A DNA stretch of 64,000 nucleotides from Eledone cirrhosa (taxonomy: Eukaryota). The stretch's first letter is position 1. The number at the start of each line of letters is the position of its first letter. The stretch is taken from NCBI GenBank assembly GCA_964016885.1, contig OZ024740.1:328848001-328912000 (forward strand). Reading direction: 5' to 3'. Position numbers and translations under genes: made by a program. The notes under the pieces were generated by a model. It worked only from the letters and a program-made list of their open reading frames with translations. It did no database searches and was not told the origin of the DNA. Shown here piece by piece: positions 29,443 through 43,191 of this stretch.

Positions 29443-29717
29443 TTAGAATTCTAGTCTACAACTTCCGCTATACCATTTACGTGGTTTTGTCTTTGCGTGC
29501 TATTGTTCTCCACGCTCCACGTATGACTTATTATCTTCGTTTTTTCTTTCATTGCCAGAGAACGTCTCTATGCACCACTTAGAGAACATTAGTCTACGAC
29601 CTCTTTTATACCATAAACGTGGTTCTGTCTTTGCGCGTAATTGTTTTTCACCGCTCCTATTAAAGACGTATTATTCGTTTTTTCCCGTTCTTTGCCAGCG
29701 AACGTCACCATGAACCA
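29443..29717 (+). repeat. Diverged ~135 bp tandem duplication in PLE 3' region
   Basis: 'tagtctac..tatacca..acgtggtt.tgtctttgcg..ttgccag.gaacgtc..atg.acca' twice. Confidence 0.8.
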
Positions 29718-29795
29718 AAGTATCGTCTTCCTGTCTTCCTCCAGTTGTAACGTTTTTTGAAATATCCAGTTCTGCGTTTACAGATTGACTTTGTT

Positions 29796-29846
29796 AGTTT
29801 CAGAAGATCCTGTTAAGGGTGAAAGCAGCGATTCTTTGCTTAAACT
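29796..29846 (+). ncRNA. Hammerhead-like motif with U4A core at PLE 3' end
   Basis: agttt-CAGAAGA-tcc tgttaa gggt-GAAA-gca gcgattctt tgc-TT-aaact. Confidence 0.55.
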
Positions 29847-29862
29847 TTAATCTGTTATATTA

Positions 29863-29967
<105 letters not shown>

Positions 29968-29978
29968 CTATATATATA

Positions 29979-30509
29979 GAGTTATAAACTCAAACAGTCT
30001 TTCAGTCTTTTACAATTAATTAGCTCAAAGAAAGAAGTATTTCTGAGCCGTGAAATACAAGTTAATATAAATTAATATATATGATAAACACTAATACAAT
30101 CATATAAGTATTTGTATTGTAAATGACCAAGTTAGCTAGATTCAAAAATACTAATTAGATTGATACAGTTTGCCTGTCTCGATTTAAAATAATAAATCAA
30201 TAAAAACAAACCCATATTGGCAATAGCCGTGGTACTTGGACAAATTTAAATTTCAAAATCCAAACCTGTTCCGTAGATAAGTTTAAACTTCAAAACCCAA
30301 ACAAGTTTCGATAATTGAAAAAGTGAAAAATTCCATCTTCTGTTCTCATCAGCAAGTACCCAGAAAAATTGGTATGTTTCACCTCAACATATATGTATTA
30401 ATGTATTAATCTAATTAGTATTTTTCAATCTAGCTAACTTGGTCATTTACAATACAAACACTTATATGATTGTATTAGTGTTTATCATATATATTAATTT
30501 ATATTAACT

Positions 30510-30514
<5 letters not shown>
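29979..30514 (-). mobile_element. Non-coding HHR-bearing unit with ~112 bp inverted repeats (30055-30167 / 30402-30514), flanked by (TA)n
   Basis: Near-perfect reverse complement arms. Confidence 0.8.
30231..30360 (-). ncRNA. Type I hammerhead, canonical core, expanded loops II and III
   Basis: ggtacttg-CTGATGA-G..(~33 nt)..C-GAAA-C..(~60 nt)..GTC-caagtacc; perfect 8-bp helix I. Confidence 0.8.
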
Positions 30515-30580
<66 letters not shown>

Positions 30581-30970
30581 TATATATAGTAATAATAATA
30601 AATGTGAAGAGTAAAATCCAAACTAAAATTCAAAGATTTGCTTAAACTTTAATCTGTTATTTTAATAAATATATATATATATATGTGAATTTTTGATATA
30701 TATATATATAAATATACGCCGTATATAGACGTTGGACAAACAAAAGAAATGAAAAGTAATCAAAGTTTATTTATTCGACCGAAACTGATTGTCCACTTCA
30801 TCCGCTACACAAAATTTCTTACCCAGGATAATCCGTTTTTACAGGGAGGTGTACATATGGTAAGAATCTTTGGAGTATCGACGGAGTTAATTCCTATCAA
30901 ACTCGATAGGAAATGCATATACATTTTTCCCTACACATATAATTTCACCCACTCACTCATTCACATGAAA

Positions 30971-31005
<35 letters not shown>

Positions 31006-31478
31006 TGTGTGTGTCTGTGTTCATGTCCGTGTGTTTAGTGTATGTATGAGTGTGTGTGTATGTGTGTGAGTTTGAGTATTGGTGTATACACTCTTTTGTC
31101 AACATCACCATACACAACTCAAATACTGTTGGTTCCATTGATGTATTGAACAAGCAGGTTTGACATTCCGATATAATATATATCCTTGTGATCAAAGCCA
31201 GAATGTACATGCCTACATTATAAAGCAATGAATATAAATGGATGGATGTAAACAGCAGAAATTTTATGGCTCAGAGTGGAATATTAAGGCATTAGGTTGC
31301 TATATGTATCACCCACAAAGTTCTTTCTCAATGTTTTTTATTTTGCCAATGATTCATTTATTTACTGAACATACACACTCATTGATTGAAGTTTCCCTAG
31401 CGAAAGAAACAAAAATAAATTTCGGAAAGGCGCAGCAAAGGCAAGACTGCTACGCTGCAAGACGACTGAATATATATA

Positions 31479-31576
<98 letters not shown>

Positions 31577-33244
31577 TATGAGTGTGTGTGTGTATATGTA
31601 TATATATATTTGTTGTATCGAATATGTTTCCCCGATTCTGGAATGCTTTATTAGATCATGGAAAATATGCTTCATCACATAAAATATTGCGGATATACAG
31701 CTACGCTGGTACGACCAATTATATGAATTATATTATATGAATTTTCAGATATCTCTTCTATTAATAATTCAAAGGCTATCATAAATGAAACCGGTTTCGA
31801 TCTTGTTTTTATATTTATGTTTGGTGTTCTTTAGCATATGCCCAATAGACCTTGGCAGGAAGCTAAACGTTAATGAACAAGCAATGTTGGCGAATACCTA
31901 AATCGTCTCAGTGATGTATAAATGCCTAAGGTCGTGTATCTCGGAATGCTTCTCACAAAATTAGAGTGATTATTATTTTATGTATCTTTGAATAGACGGG
32001 TCCAGCTAGCCAATCCTAACCTACTATCAACACTTTATCCACAAATGTTTCGAGGCACTATTTCTAATGATGTAGAAGCATAAATCGAGGTTGCATCATC
32101 TGAAGAATGATTCGTGATGGTGAGAGGCTTCGTCACTGTTTATTAGGCAAGTTACTTCGTAGCTCATACATTCACTGAATTGTAATCTTGCATCAAGTAT
32201 CATCTGGCACCTGTAGTCCTTTACCATTCGGGAAAGGTAACAGTTGCTACCTCAGCAATTGCCCTGTTTAGAGATTCAATTGTGGGTATATAATCTAGGC
32301 ATGGATGAGAATCAACTCAGCAGTCTATTCTAGTTAATATCCTGGTAGTCTCCATTATAGACAGGGAATTTCCTCTTCGTTTTTCAGATATTTTAAGTAT
32401 TACTTTAGTAAACTGGGTGGATAAAGAAGAATTGTTCGTCATTAACGTTTCTTAAAAATATGAAATGTTTATCCGCTTAGGGTTAGGAGAGACCAGGATG
32501 TGTAAGAATGGAAAACATGGCTTTGATGAATATGTCTATTGCCAATACACCTTGTTTGCAATGGTAGATTTGTAGAGGATCATGCTTTTGTTTTTGTCAT
32601 TGGCTTATCCGATTTGTCCCTTATTTGGATAATATTAATTTAAATATTTCATTTTTTTATCACATGTTTATTGTCGAAGTGCATGTCCGTTTTCCATGTT
32701 CTACACAAAAGTTCTACCGTTTGTAAATTGTCTTTTAAATTTGCTGTACATGTCGCTGACATACATTGCAATTGTAATATTTATTCTTTTAATATTCGCA
32801 CACGATTTGTTATTGCTACCTCGTTCTGCTTCACCAGCACAAACATGTAAGGGCCCATTAAATTCACATCACAATATTCAAATTCTTCAAAAATTGATGG
32901 AAGAAAGCAGCAATGGTGATGAGAAATAGGTAAAACGCTTGATATGCCTTCCTGTTTCAATTAATAAAATTTCTCTGTTTATTTTAGAATAGAGAGAGAG
33001 AGAAATGAAAGAAGGTAAATTCAGATTAGCACATGGATTTTTAGATTAAAAAAAATTACAATCCCTATATCTAATCTTTTCATGTCCTCAGTACATGGTG
33101 CAGAACAACTTGTTCTTCTATTAGCTTTCTTCAAATATTCTAAGATATGTTTCGTCTGAGGCACCACCGTGCTATAAGCGAAGAATGTTTTACAAGTATA
33201 AGCTTCAAACTCATTGGTTATTGTCGTTTTCTTTGCAACGAAGA

Positions 33245-33379
33245 GAATAATTATTAAACGTAAAATTAATATGGTGGGTTTCAATTATTAAGGAGAAAAT
33301 AGATTTTCTAGCAAGAAAGATCTATTTTCTCGTTAATAATTGAAACCCATAATTTTAATTTTCCATTTAACAATTATTC
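33245..33379. repeat. Imperfect ~65 bp-arm hairpin
   Basis: gaataattattaaa..gggtttcaattattaaggagaaaatagat..atctattttctcgttaataattgaaaccc..tttaacaattattc. Confidence 0.85.
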
Positions 33380-33702
33380 AAATTGTGTTACGTGTAAGGT
33401 TTAATATTTATTCATCTATTATTTATTTCTCTATTATTATTCAGGGTTCGTTTTATTGCATGCACAATCAAGTACAATTTTAATCGCCATGGGTATTAAG
33501 CGCAATCATATAATTGCTTTGTTTTCTAAAGTAGATAACCTTCTATGTGTGCAACACCTAGTCTTACTTTGTGTATAATGTGTATATACCATGAGAGGGT
33601 TGGATGGTTCAAATGCTGAATATGTAGGAATGATGCTAGAACTGAGGAATCTTGCATACATTAATTTCAACTCATTTTGTTAATACATGAGTCATTTGCG
33701 TC

Positions 33703-34285
33703 CATGTAAACTGACATTTGACTGTACAAAGAAAACTTTAGAAGTAAATAGCAGCGACTTCTCTTGGAAATTGATAAAATTTGGTACCGTGGTGTTATCA
33801 AGTGCCTGCAGAAAAAGGGTTTAGCCCACAAAGATATTCATGCTGACATGGTTGCTATATTAGAGGATGACGTTCCAGCGTCATCATCAGTACAAAAGTA
33901 GGTAGCTGAATTTAAGACGGGAAGGGAGTGTCTTGAAGATAACCGAAGGTCAATACGTCCAGCAACTACCAGAAACGAGGAAAATATATTTCGTGTTCAC
34001 TACGTAGTGATGGTTGATTGACTATAAATCAAATAACCGTGTGAGAACTGAGAATATTATGCACACCGAACTTAGCATGACGAAGTGGGTATCACTTTGT
34101 CTGACACCAGTTCAAAAACTCACGAGGCTGATCACACAACGGGAACAATTGATGTTGTTTGAGGCAAATCCAGCTGGTTTCCTTGAACGTTTCCTAACCC
34201 GGGAAAGCTAGAGAAAAAGAGGAAATCCATGAAGAGGAAACAACCCTCCTTACCTGCTCCAAATATGGCTAAGGTCGATTCATAT
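33703..34285 (+). mobile_element. Degraded mariner transposase (N-terminal HTH region)
   Basis: DKIWYRGVIKCLQKKGLAHKDIHADMVAIL.DD.P..SSVQK*VAEFKTGRECLEDN.RS.RPAT. Confidence 0.85.
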
Positions 34286-34708
34286 TCATGCTTTTGTTCA
34301 TTCGAATATGCCAGAGTATGGTCAATATGTCATTACCTGAAACATCTTCTGGTATATATTTATAACATATAGAGAGGAACTGTAAACAGTTTTTCCTAAC
34401 ACAGTATTGTTATTATAGTTATCAATACCCGATTCTCAGTTTGCAAAGCCTAGCTTTATCTTATGTATGTTATAAAAAGGAATTCTACACAATTCTCTTT
34501 AATGGTTTCAAAAGAAAATCTGTGTGAGGTCCGATAAGAATTTAATAAAAATGAATCAAGTTTTAATGTTCGTTCTCAGCTACAATAATCACACTAGTTT
34601 AACTGAATAAATATATGATTATCATATATATGAATATGACTGTATAGATATTTATGTGGTTTTAATGCTAATGTAAACTCTCGAGGTATGTCTCACATCA
34701 TGAATAAG

Positions 34709-34822
34709 ACATATATGTATTTAGAATATTAACAATAATAATACATATAATAAAACTCTCTCAACATATATGTATTTAGAATATTAACAGTAATAATACA
34801 TATAATAAAAACTCTCTCAACA
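34709..34822 (+). repeat. ~55 bp tandem duplication
   Basis: acatatatgtatttagaatattaaca.taataatacatataataaaactctctca x2. Confidence 0.9.
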
Positions 34823-36368
34823 TTCTCGCCATAAGTTAAATACGGCATTAAAAATACATTACGAGTCACATACACTATTACCATTCGAACCTAAACACCA
34901 CAAAACATTTATTACGCTTGAAAAATTTTACGTACGTTTGCCATGACGTATATAATGTTTTTATGTAAAAACATGGTTGTTATAAGCGACATTCACTTCC
35001 CTCAGCTCAAAATTGTTGTTCGTCTGCCTAAATTAGGAACCATTATTATTTTTTTATGTTTCTTCTTTATGTCAGCACTTGGCAAGAGAAGGTAATTGCT
35101 TTCAAGAACTTAAAATTGGGGAGCAATAAAAGCATTTTATTCGCAGAAAAATACGTAAATTCGCATTACATATTGTGTGTGTTTAAAGAAGTATAAATGT
35201 ACAAAAACAAATAATTTAAATTATGGAGAGACTGCCAACTTTTAAGACATGCTACATTACGTTACAGTCACTTTGTAATTAATTCATAATAAAATTCCAA
35301 GGGGTCGTATTAGTTTGTATGCAATGCTAGTCAATACGTTGTTTAGAATTTCATGAAAGATAGTTCATTTGGCATACTGTTGATGATGTCCACTTACTCT
35401 ATCAGTCTGGAAATCGTAATCCCAGAATATGGTTGCCTTCCAAATCCTACCGCAGTACTTTACAAAGCACATGTTCATATCAATTCTATATTACTTCGTA
35501 ATGGTACTTGTGACATAACAGTCAATGAAAGTTCAAGCAGATTTTATAATGACAGCGCTTGTATTCTTTTTGGACAAAGCTCTCACATACACCTGTCATT
35601 TTCTATATATATTTTTATTCTTTTCATAGAATCTAAGTTTCAGGGTGTCAGAAGGTTAGTAGGTATTCTACATAGTTGTCTCTCTTCATGTACAATCTGA
35701 TTTACTATTTCTTGAGTATGGATGTACTATATCTAATCAATGCAACTGCCAGATATTCATTGCAGCCACTAGATATTCCGAATTTAGTTTGGATTTAAAA
35801 ATCATTTTTACTCTTTTCAAATATGTCACTCGAACCCATTCTTTCCTGTTTGCATACCACTACAGTTTTATGTTTCTTACTGGACCAAGACAGCAAGATT
35901 TCTGTCGGACCAAACAATTTACTTCGCTATCAAACATTTTCAATTTCAACCAAATGTATAAAATTCCTACCACTGCTATTACACCTGGGATAATAACAAC
36001 TTTACGACATTCCAGATTCTCATAATTTCGTAATTTTCTCACGTGCTTTGTCTAGTATAAAACGGGTGTAGGAAGTTTTTTTTTAAAAAAAGGTCATATT
36101 TTAGGAATACTTAATTTCGCCCTGCAACAATAGAAGCAGAATTGAACTTATTGGTATTTGAACACACAACCCTCACGAAACTAAATAATAATGTTTTGTC
36201 TAATGGCGTGACTGATTCTAACAATCAACTAACTATGTAAATAGGTTTAATATTAATGATAATAATTGTTAATATCAATAGCGATCTCTTACATTCTGCT
36301 AATTTTCCTTATATTTTCATCTTTAGATTTCTGTCCCGACATAACTTGCTTTTAAGCATTGAGATATA

Positions 36369-36635
36369 TTGTGTGATATGACTGTATGCTTGTGTATGTG
36401 TGCATGGCATGTACGCGTGTATGTGTATGTGTGTGTGTTTGTGTGTATGCGCATGTGTTTGTATACGCGGGCGTGTGTGCATGTGTGTGTGTGTATATGT
36501 GTGTTTGAGTGTGTGTGTGTGTATGTGTTTGTATGCACGGGTGTGTGCGTGCGTGTGTGTATGTGTGTGTATATGTGTGTGTTTGTGTGTGTGTGTGTGT
36601 TTGTATAAGCGGACGTATATGCATGCCTGTGTGTA

Positions 36636-36670
<35 letters not shown>

Positions 36671-36812
36671 GTTTGTGTATGTGTATGCGTGCGTGTGTGT
36701 GTTTGTGTGGGGGGTTTGTGTGTGTGTTTGTGTTAATGTGCGTGTGTGTGTTTGTGTGTATATGTGTGTGTGTGTATATGTGTGTGTGTATGTGTGTTTT
36801 TATGTGTATGTG
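36369..36812. repeat. Degenerate (TG)n microsatellite
   Basis: Direct reading. Confidence 0.95.
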
Positions 36813-37275
36813 AATGCTTTCTTTTCTGTTTCGTTCATTTCTTTCTTTGAATCGTTTATTTCATAGTTTCCGTTGTTCGGTTCTTTTCACTCTCTACCTT
36901 TCTTGTATTTTCTTATCCGACCCTGTTTCTCACATTCATTCTCTACAACATCATTCCCACTATTCTTTCCTTTCCTTGTTTTAAATACTATTCCATTTAC
37001 AATTTTGCTAAATAGAAGACACAAAAAGAATCAGACAGAAATTCCTACTGAACTGAATTTCAATCATTAATTTCTATAAATACTTATTCAACTGTGACGT
37101 TAGAAAATCTACCAGACCGTAAAACTCTCCAAACCAAGCCATGCATAATATCCCGAAGATTTACTCAGCATATTCACGTTCATATTGTTCATATTTCTAT
37201 TATTGCTAGTTTTATTCTTATTCTCGCATTTGCTCTTTCACCTCACCATTCTTACACACCTTTTCAACTTTCTAT

Positions 37276-37390
37276 TCATCATCATCATCGTCATCATAAT
37301 CATCATCATCATGATCATCATCATGATCATCATCATTATCATCATCACCATCATCATCATCATCACCATTATCGTTACCTTCATCATCAC
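37276..37390. repeat. (CAT)n microsatellite
   Basis: Direct reading. Confidence 0.95.
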
Positions 37391-37947
37391 CTAACATTTT
37401 TATAAATACTTCTAACACTACTACGATATAGTTACTTTTATAAATGCTCAACTCTTTCCTATAAGTATCTAATGTTCTAACAGCAGGTGTTCTTGATGGG
37501 GGACACCTCAATGAGCCCTACTGCTATAGCATTAATAAAAAAACATTGCTCTCGGTACAGTATTTATTTGCATTTAGATATACTAGATCATTAAAAACAT
37601 TAGCGTATAAATTATATTGTCAGGCATATAATAGGAAACACCATATCTTCAGATAGAGGGCCAAAGCGATCTCATCTTTACGGTTTTCAATGACGTACGA
37701 GCTAATAAGGGAATCTGTATGTGGTAGCATGGCGTGTGAATATTCATAGAAAAATCTTTCTCAAATACAGCCTATTGTCTAAAATGAAGATTGTATTAAG
37801 AAAACAATGAATTGTGTAGGTTTTGACGAGTAGGCGTTTTATTTTCCTTTCCAATACTTATCAGTTCGCAAGGAACAACAATTTCAGGATAAATTAAAAT
37901 AGCAAAATGTTGAAAATAGGGAAAAAACGATAAAATTTATCGCATAA

Positions 37948-38003
<56 letters not shown>

Positions 38004-38004
<1 letters not shown>

Positions 38005-41000
38005 GCAGAGAGATTAGGTTGGAAATGGAGAGTGAAGTATGCTAGGCAAACGTGCCAGTGGGATATGAAGGTGAAGAGGTTCAGAGAACGGAGGAGGCAT
38101 CCGAAGCAGGCAATGATCCGAATGCTGAAATAAATAATTGTTTCTATTTTTGGCACAAGACCAGCAATTACCCAGTACATTACTGGTACTTTATTTTATC
38201 GACCCCGTAAGGATGAATGGCAAAGTTAACCTCGGCGGGATTTGAACTCAGAATGGCAAGGGCCTTAACTATATGCATCAAAGCATGGCGTCCGACCCTC
38301 TACCGATACTGCCAATCCAATGCTGAAATAAATAATACCTGGAACAAAGATACGGCCATTGAGGAAATGAATGCTGACGGCTAGAACAAGATTTGGTTGA
38401 TATCCTAAACTTAGTGGTAGATGAAATGAACAATGATAGTGGGAAACCTATGAACCTAAGATTTGTAGACAGGAAACAGTTAAAAGAAACAACAGCTAAG
38501 GTAAACAAAGTCATCCCATACCTTGAGGCGAGAAACCTTCACCAGTGCAACAATATCCTCAAAGCAACAGCAAATGCGGTGAGGAAATTACTTGGCATAA
38601 AAGCGAGAGGAAACAACAAACACTTGGTGGAAGAAACGACTGAATGGTCAAATCAGGGAAATGAGAAATGACATTGGAAATCTTGAGTCCCTAGTGAATG
38701 GGACACTACAAAACATAGACACTAAAAATAGACTGGAAATAAAGTATAAAACTAGGAGGAAAAAGCTAAATATTATCATAGAGGAACTGAAGCAACGCAT
38801 TGTAGCAAAGAGTGCAAAGATTAGGTGATAAGACAGAAACGCATGTTTGACAACAACCAGAAGATGTTGTTTGGACAGCTTGAAGGGAAAGAAAGAGGCA
38901 ACGACTTGATCCCTGAGGCGGAACAGACTAAGACATTCTGGAGAGGAATATGGGAGCAGGATGTTAAACATAATGATCAGGAAGTGTGTATTGAGACAGT
39001 ACAAAAGAAGATTAGTGAACAGGCACACCAACAAACTGATTTGAGTATCACAGTTGAAACTCTTAAGGGGCAGGCTAAAAAGCTAACCAACTGGAAATCA
39101 CTAGACCCAGATGGTGTGCAGAGGTATTGGATTAAAATATAACATCCCTGCACCCGAAACTGACAACCATGTTCAATGACTGCTTGATGTCAGGTGAGGT
39201 ACCAGCGTGGTTGACAAAAGGTACCACAGTTCTCGTAATGAAAGACCGAATCAAGGGTAATGATGTTACCAACTATAGACCTACCACATGCCTGTCTGTA
39301 ATGTGGAAACTGTTAACAAGCATTGTGTCTGAGGAAATCTACCATCACTTCCACATAAACAACTTGTTACCGGACGAACAGAAAGGATGCCGAAAGAAGT
39401 CCCGTGGTAAAAAAGACCAGTTACTTATTGATAAGATGGTAATGAGAAATTGCAAGAGGAGGCACACTGGTCTTGCCATGGCATGGATAGATTATAAAAA
39501 GGCATTCGACATGGTACGTCATTCTTGGATAACAAAAGCCTATAGGTAGTCAAGTTGGCAGATAATATCAGACAGTTGTTGAGCAAAAGTATGAAGTCCT
39601 AGGAAACAGAGTTGACATCTGGTGGAGAATCCTTGGGAGGCGTGAAGATCAAGAGAGGTATCTTCCAGGGAGATAGTTTTACCGTTCTGCTGTTTGTCCT
39701 TGCCCTGATACCCCTGACCATTATACTGCGAAAAGTGAGAGCAGGATACAATTTGGGAAAGGGAGAGCTTACCATCACTCACCTCCTCTTCATGGACGAT
39801 CTTAAGCTCTTTGGGAAGAGTGAGAACGAGTTGGATGTGCTTGTTGACACTGTCCGTATTTTCAGCAACGATATATGTATGCAATTTGGTATTAGTAAGT
39901 GTGGAGTCCTTGTGATGAAATTGAGCAGAAGCAACGGAATCCAGGTACCAACAGGTGAGATGATAAAGGAAATTGACACTGAAGAAGGATACAAGTATTT
40001 GGGTGTTCTGGAGGTTGATGACATCAAGAACAAAAAAATGAAGGAATTGATAAGATCTGAATACATTCGGAGAGTAAGGAGCGTATTAAAGTCACATCTG
40101 AACAGTAGGAATGCCATAAGTGCAGTAAATTCCCGAACTGTATCTATTATTAGGTACAGTGCGGGAATTCTGAGATGGAATGTTGCTGAACAAAAAGAAA
40201 TGGATAGGAAGACTAGGAAGCTATTGACTATCTACATCTTCCACAAGAGGAGTGATGTCGATAGACTCTACTTAAGGAGATCTGAAGGTGGAAGAGGTCT
40301 TATCAGCATAGAGGACTGTGTTCAGATGGAGAAACCAGCCTACACAAATACGTGACTGATGGTAGAGAGCCAATGCTCAGAATTGTACTGAAGGAGAGGA
40401 CAATAGACCAGGGGATGTCCAAGGAGGAAATAACAACAAGGAGGAAGAGCAACCTTCATGAAAATTCCCTTCATAGTAGCTTCTTTGAGAAAACTGAATT
40501 TAGAGATCCACAGACATGGAACTGGTTGAAAAGAGGAGACCTTAAAAAGGCTACAGAAGGAATGCTAATGGCTGCGCATGAACAAAACGAAGTGGGTGAA
40601 ACACCCTATTTACAAGGAGGAGGCTAGCCCACTGTGTAGGATCTGTGGAGAGAGGGAGGAGACTGTGGCTCACATTGTATCCGAGTGTAAACACCTAGCA
40701 CAGACTCACTATAAAGGCTGGAGACATGATGTGATGGGCAGGGAGATCCACTGGCACCTATGCAAGGTAAACAATTTACCACATTCTGAGAAGGTCTATG
40801 AGCATAAGCCAGAGTCGGTGATAGAAAACGATCAGGTGAAGGTGCTGTGGGATTTTAGGATACAGACGGACAAGAAACTGGAACACAATATACCTGACCT
40901 GGTGGTTTTGGACAAGGAAAAGAGATCGTGCCTGATTGTGGATGTAGCCTTCCCATTCGACACGAGAGTGCAAGAAAAGGAGAGGGAGAAAATGAACCGA

Positions 41001-41278
41001 TACCAGGACTTAAAGTGGGAGGTAAAAAGGATTTGGAACTACCATGAAGTCAAAGTGGTCCCGATTGTCATAGGCGCACTAGGTACTATCTCAAAGAGTT
41101 TCGAAGGATGGTTAAAGAAAATTGGTCCCGCCTCGCTATTTGGAACACTTCAAAAGGCATGCTTGCTGGGAACAGCAAGAACCCTCCGATACGTCCTGAA
41201 TATATGAGGCTGCAGATAGTGGCTTGATATTCATTTCAACAAACTTTCCAGTTAAATAACATCAATGAATGAGACGCA

Positions 41279-41280
<2 letters not shown>
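38004..41280 (+). mobile_element. Degraded R4/Dong-type LINE inserted in (TAA)n
   Basis: Frameshifted homolog of 43941-46265 (DYKKAFDMV, FMDDLKL, CRIC..H..C, PDLVVLD); (TAA)n at both ends. Confidence 0.93.
38139..38318 (-). mobile_element. tRNA-derived SINE inserted in the LINE with 18 bp target-site duplication
   Basis: aatgctgaaataaataat at 38121-38138 and 38319-38336. Confidence 0.92.
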
Positions 41281-41320
<40 letters not shown>

Positions 41321-41321
<1 letters not shown>

Positions 41322-42622
41322 TGTTTAATCCAATACCCCTGCACACCATCTGGGCCTGGTGATTTCCAGTTGGTTAGTTTTTTGGCTTGCCCCTTAAGAG
41401 TTTCAACTGTGATACTCAAATCAGTCTGTTGCTGTGCCTGCTCACCGATCTCCCTCTGTACTGTCTCAATCCACCCTGCCTGGGCATTGTGTCTAACATC
41501 CTGCTCCCATATTCCTCTCCAGAATGTTTTAGCTTGTTCCGCCCCAGGGATCAAGTCGGTGCCTCTTTCTTTCCCCTCAAGCTGTCCAAACAGCATCTTC
41601 TGGTTGTTGTCGAACATGCGGTTCTGTTTATACTGACTGACTCTGTTCTCGTATCGCCTGATTTTGGCACTCTTTGCTACAATGCGTTGCTTCAATTCCT
41701 CTATGATAATATTTAGCTTTTTACTCCTAGTTTTGTATTTTATTTCCAGTCTATTTTTAGTGCCTATGTTTTTTAGTGTCCCATTCAGTAGTGACTCAAG
41801 CTTTCCTATGTCATTTCTCATTTCCCCGATTTGCCCACTCAGTCGCTTCTTCCACCACGGCTCTGCTCTTTCTTGTCTGTTGTTTCCTCTCGCTTTTATA
41901 CCAAGTAGTTTCCTCACCGTATTTGCTGTTGCTTTGAGGATATTGTTGCACTGGTGAAGACTCCTCGCCTCAAGGTATGGGATGACTTTGTTTACCTTAG
42001 CTGTTGTTTCTTTTAACTTTTTCCTGTCTACAAATCTTAGGTTCATAGGTCTCCCACTATCATTGTTCAACTCATCTACCACTAAATTTAGGATGTCAAC
42101 CGAATCTTGTCCTAGCCCGTCAGCATTCATCTCCTCAGTGGCCGTATCTCTGTTCCAGGTATTATTTATCTCAGTATTCAGATCATTGTCTGCTTCGGGT
42201 GGTTCCTCCGCTCTCAGGACCTCCTCACCTTCATTTCCCGCCGGCTCGCTTGTCTGGCATACTACACCCGCCATCTCCAAGCCATTCTCTCTGCTCAGTT
42301 CCTCCAGTTCCAGCTCGCTTATCCACCCATTAGTTCTTATTACCCGAGCCTGCCCGGCCAATTTTTGTTCATCTAATTTAAATAAACCAATCTCGTTCCA
42401 GATGTTATGCATCCGTCTCCTGTAGCCCCTCTCCTTGGGGTTACTTTTCAGGTAGCATTGCATAACAGTTCTATTCAATTCTTTCGTCCAGTTGGTTCTG
42501 GCCCCTTTCCTTCTTCTTCTTCCTCCAACATCAGCAGTATTTCGTTGACAGTCAGGTTCCTGCTGCTGAGCCAGGGGGCACCTGTTGGGTGAGAGTCTGT
42601 CACATGACGTTCTAGTCTCCAT
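41321..42622 (-). CDS. N-terminal part of R4/Dong LINE ORF (inverted)
   Basis: Uninterrupted ORF from ATG 42622; WTKELNRTVMQCY, PWWKKRL, NWKSPGPDGVQGYWIKH; runs into (TAA)n. Confidence 0.88.
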
Positions 42623-43191
42623 TTCACCGTTATTCGAACTGTTTATGTTCGATATTTAAACACTCTTATCGAGGATTGGCGAATGTATGTTTACATAGCC
42701 ATCTGTGGATCCGCCATCCCACTTGGCCCTTGTGTGGCATTATCACCACGCTGTATACGGACACACATAAACAAACAAACACACGGGCAGAAAGGGCCCC
42801 AAAAATGAATAAGCATAAGTTTCATTGTAATGTAGTATTCGAATGTCTGACTTAGTTTTTGTTTTTTAAGTTTTACTTTTTCCCCCCTCTTCTCTGTCCG
42901 TCCGCCTGCTTCTCTCTTCATTCTTATTTTCTTTACGTTTTTGGGGTTTCTTTTTTTGTTTTTGTTTTTCTCTGTTTTTCTCGTTTTTTACTGTTGTTGC
43001 TGTGCTGCTTTTGTTGTTTGTTTTTTCTTTTTTCTTTTGAGTCTATCTATATATTTTGATGCCTTCCTCTTTGTTAGTAGTAGGAATTCTATAATGTGGA
43101 AGTGGTAGCCAGCAGAGACTAGCGGCGTTGGCGATACTGAGACAGTGGTGGCGGTGATGTCGATACCGAGGCAGTGGTGGCGGTGATGCGA

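Noticed and set aside
29443-29717. CRISPR-like repeat array (also the short duplications at 17445, 34709, 62490)
   Set aside because: Only two units, no unique spacers, no cas genes, eukaryotic context
33021-33284. Short ORF with signal-peptide-like start
   Set aside because: Non-ATG start inside the AT-rich hairpin; no recognisable domain or splice support
37094-37511. His-rich / Asp-rich ORFs
   Set aside because: (CAT)n microsatellite translation
42623-42840. HDV-like ribozyme or snRNA (Sm-like ttcatttttgg + hairpin) upstream of the Dong ORF
   Set aside because: Could not build a convincing pseudoknot or snRNA fold by eye
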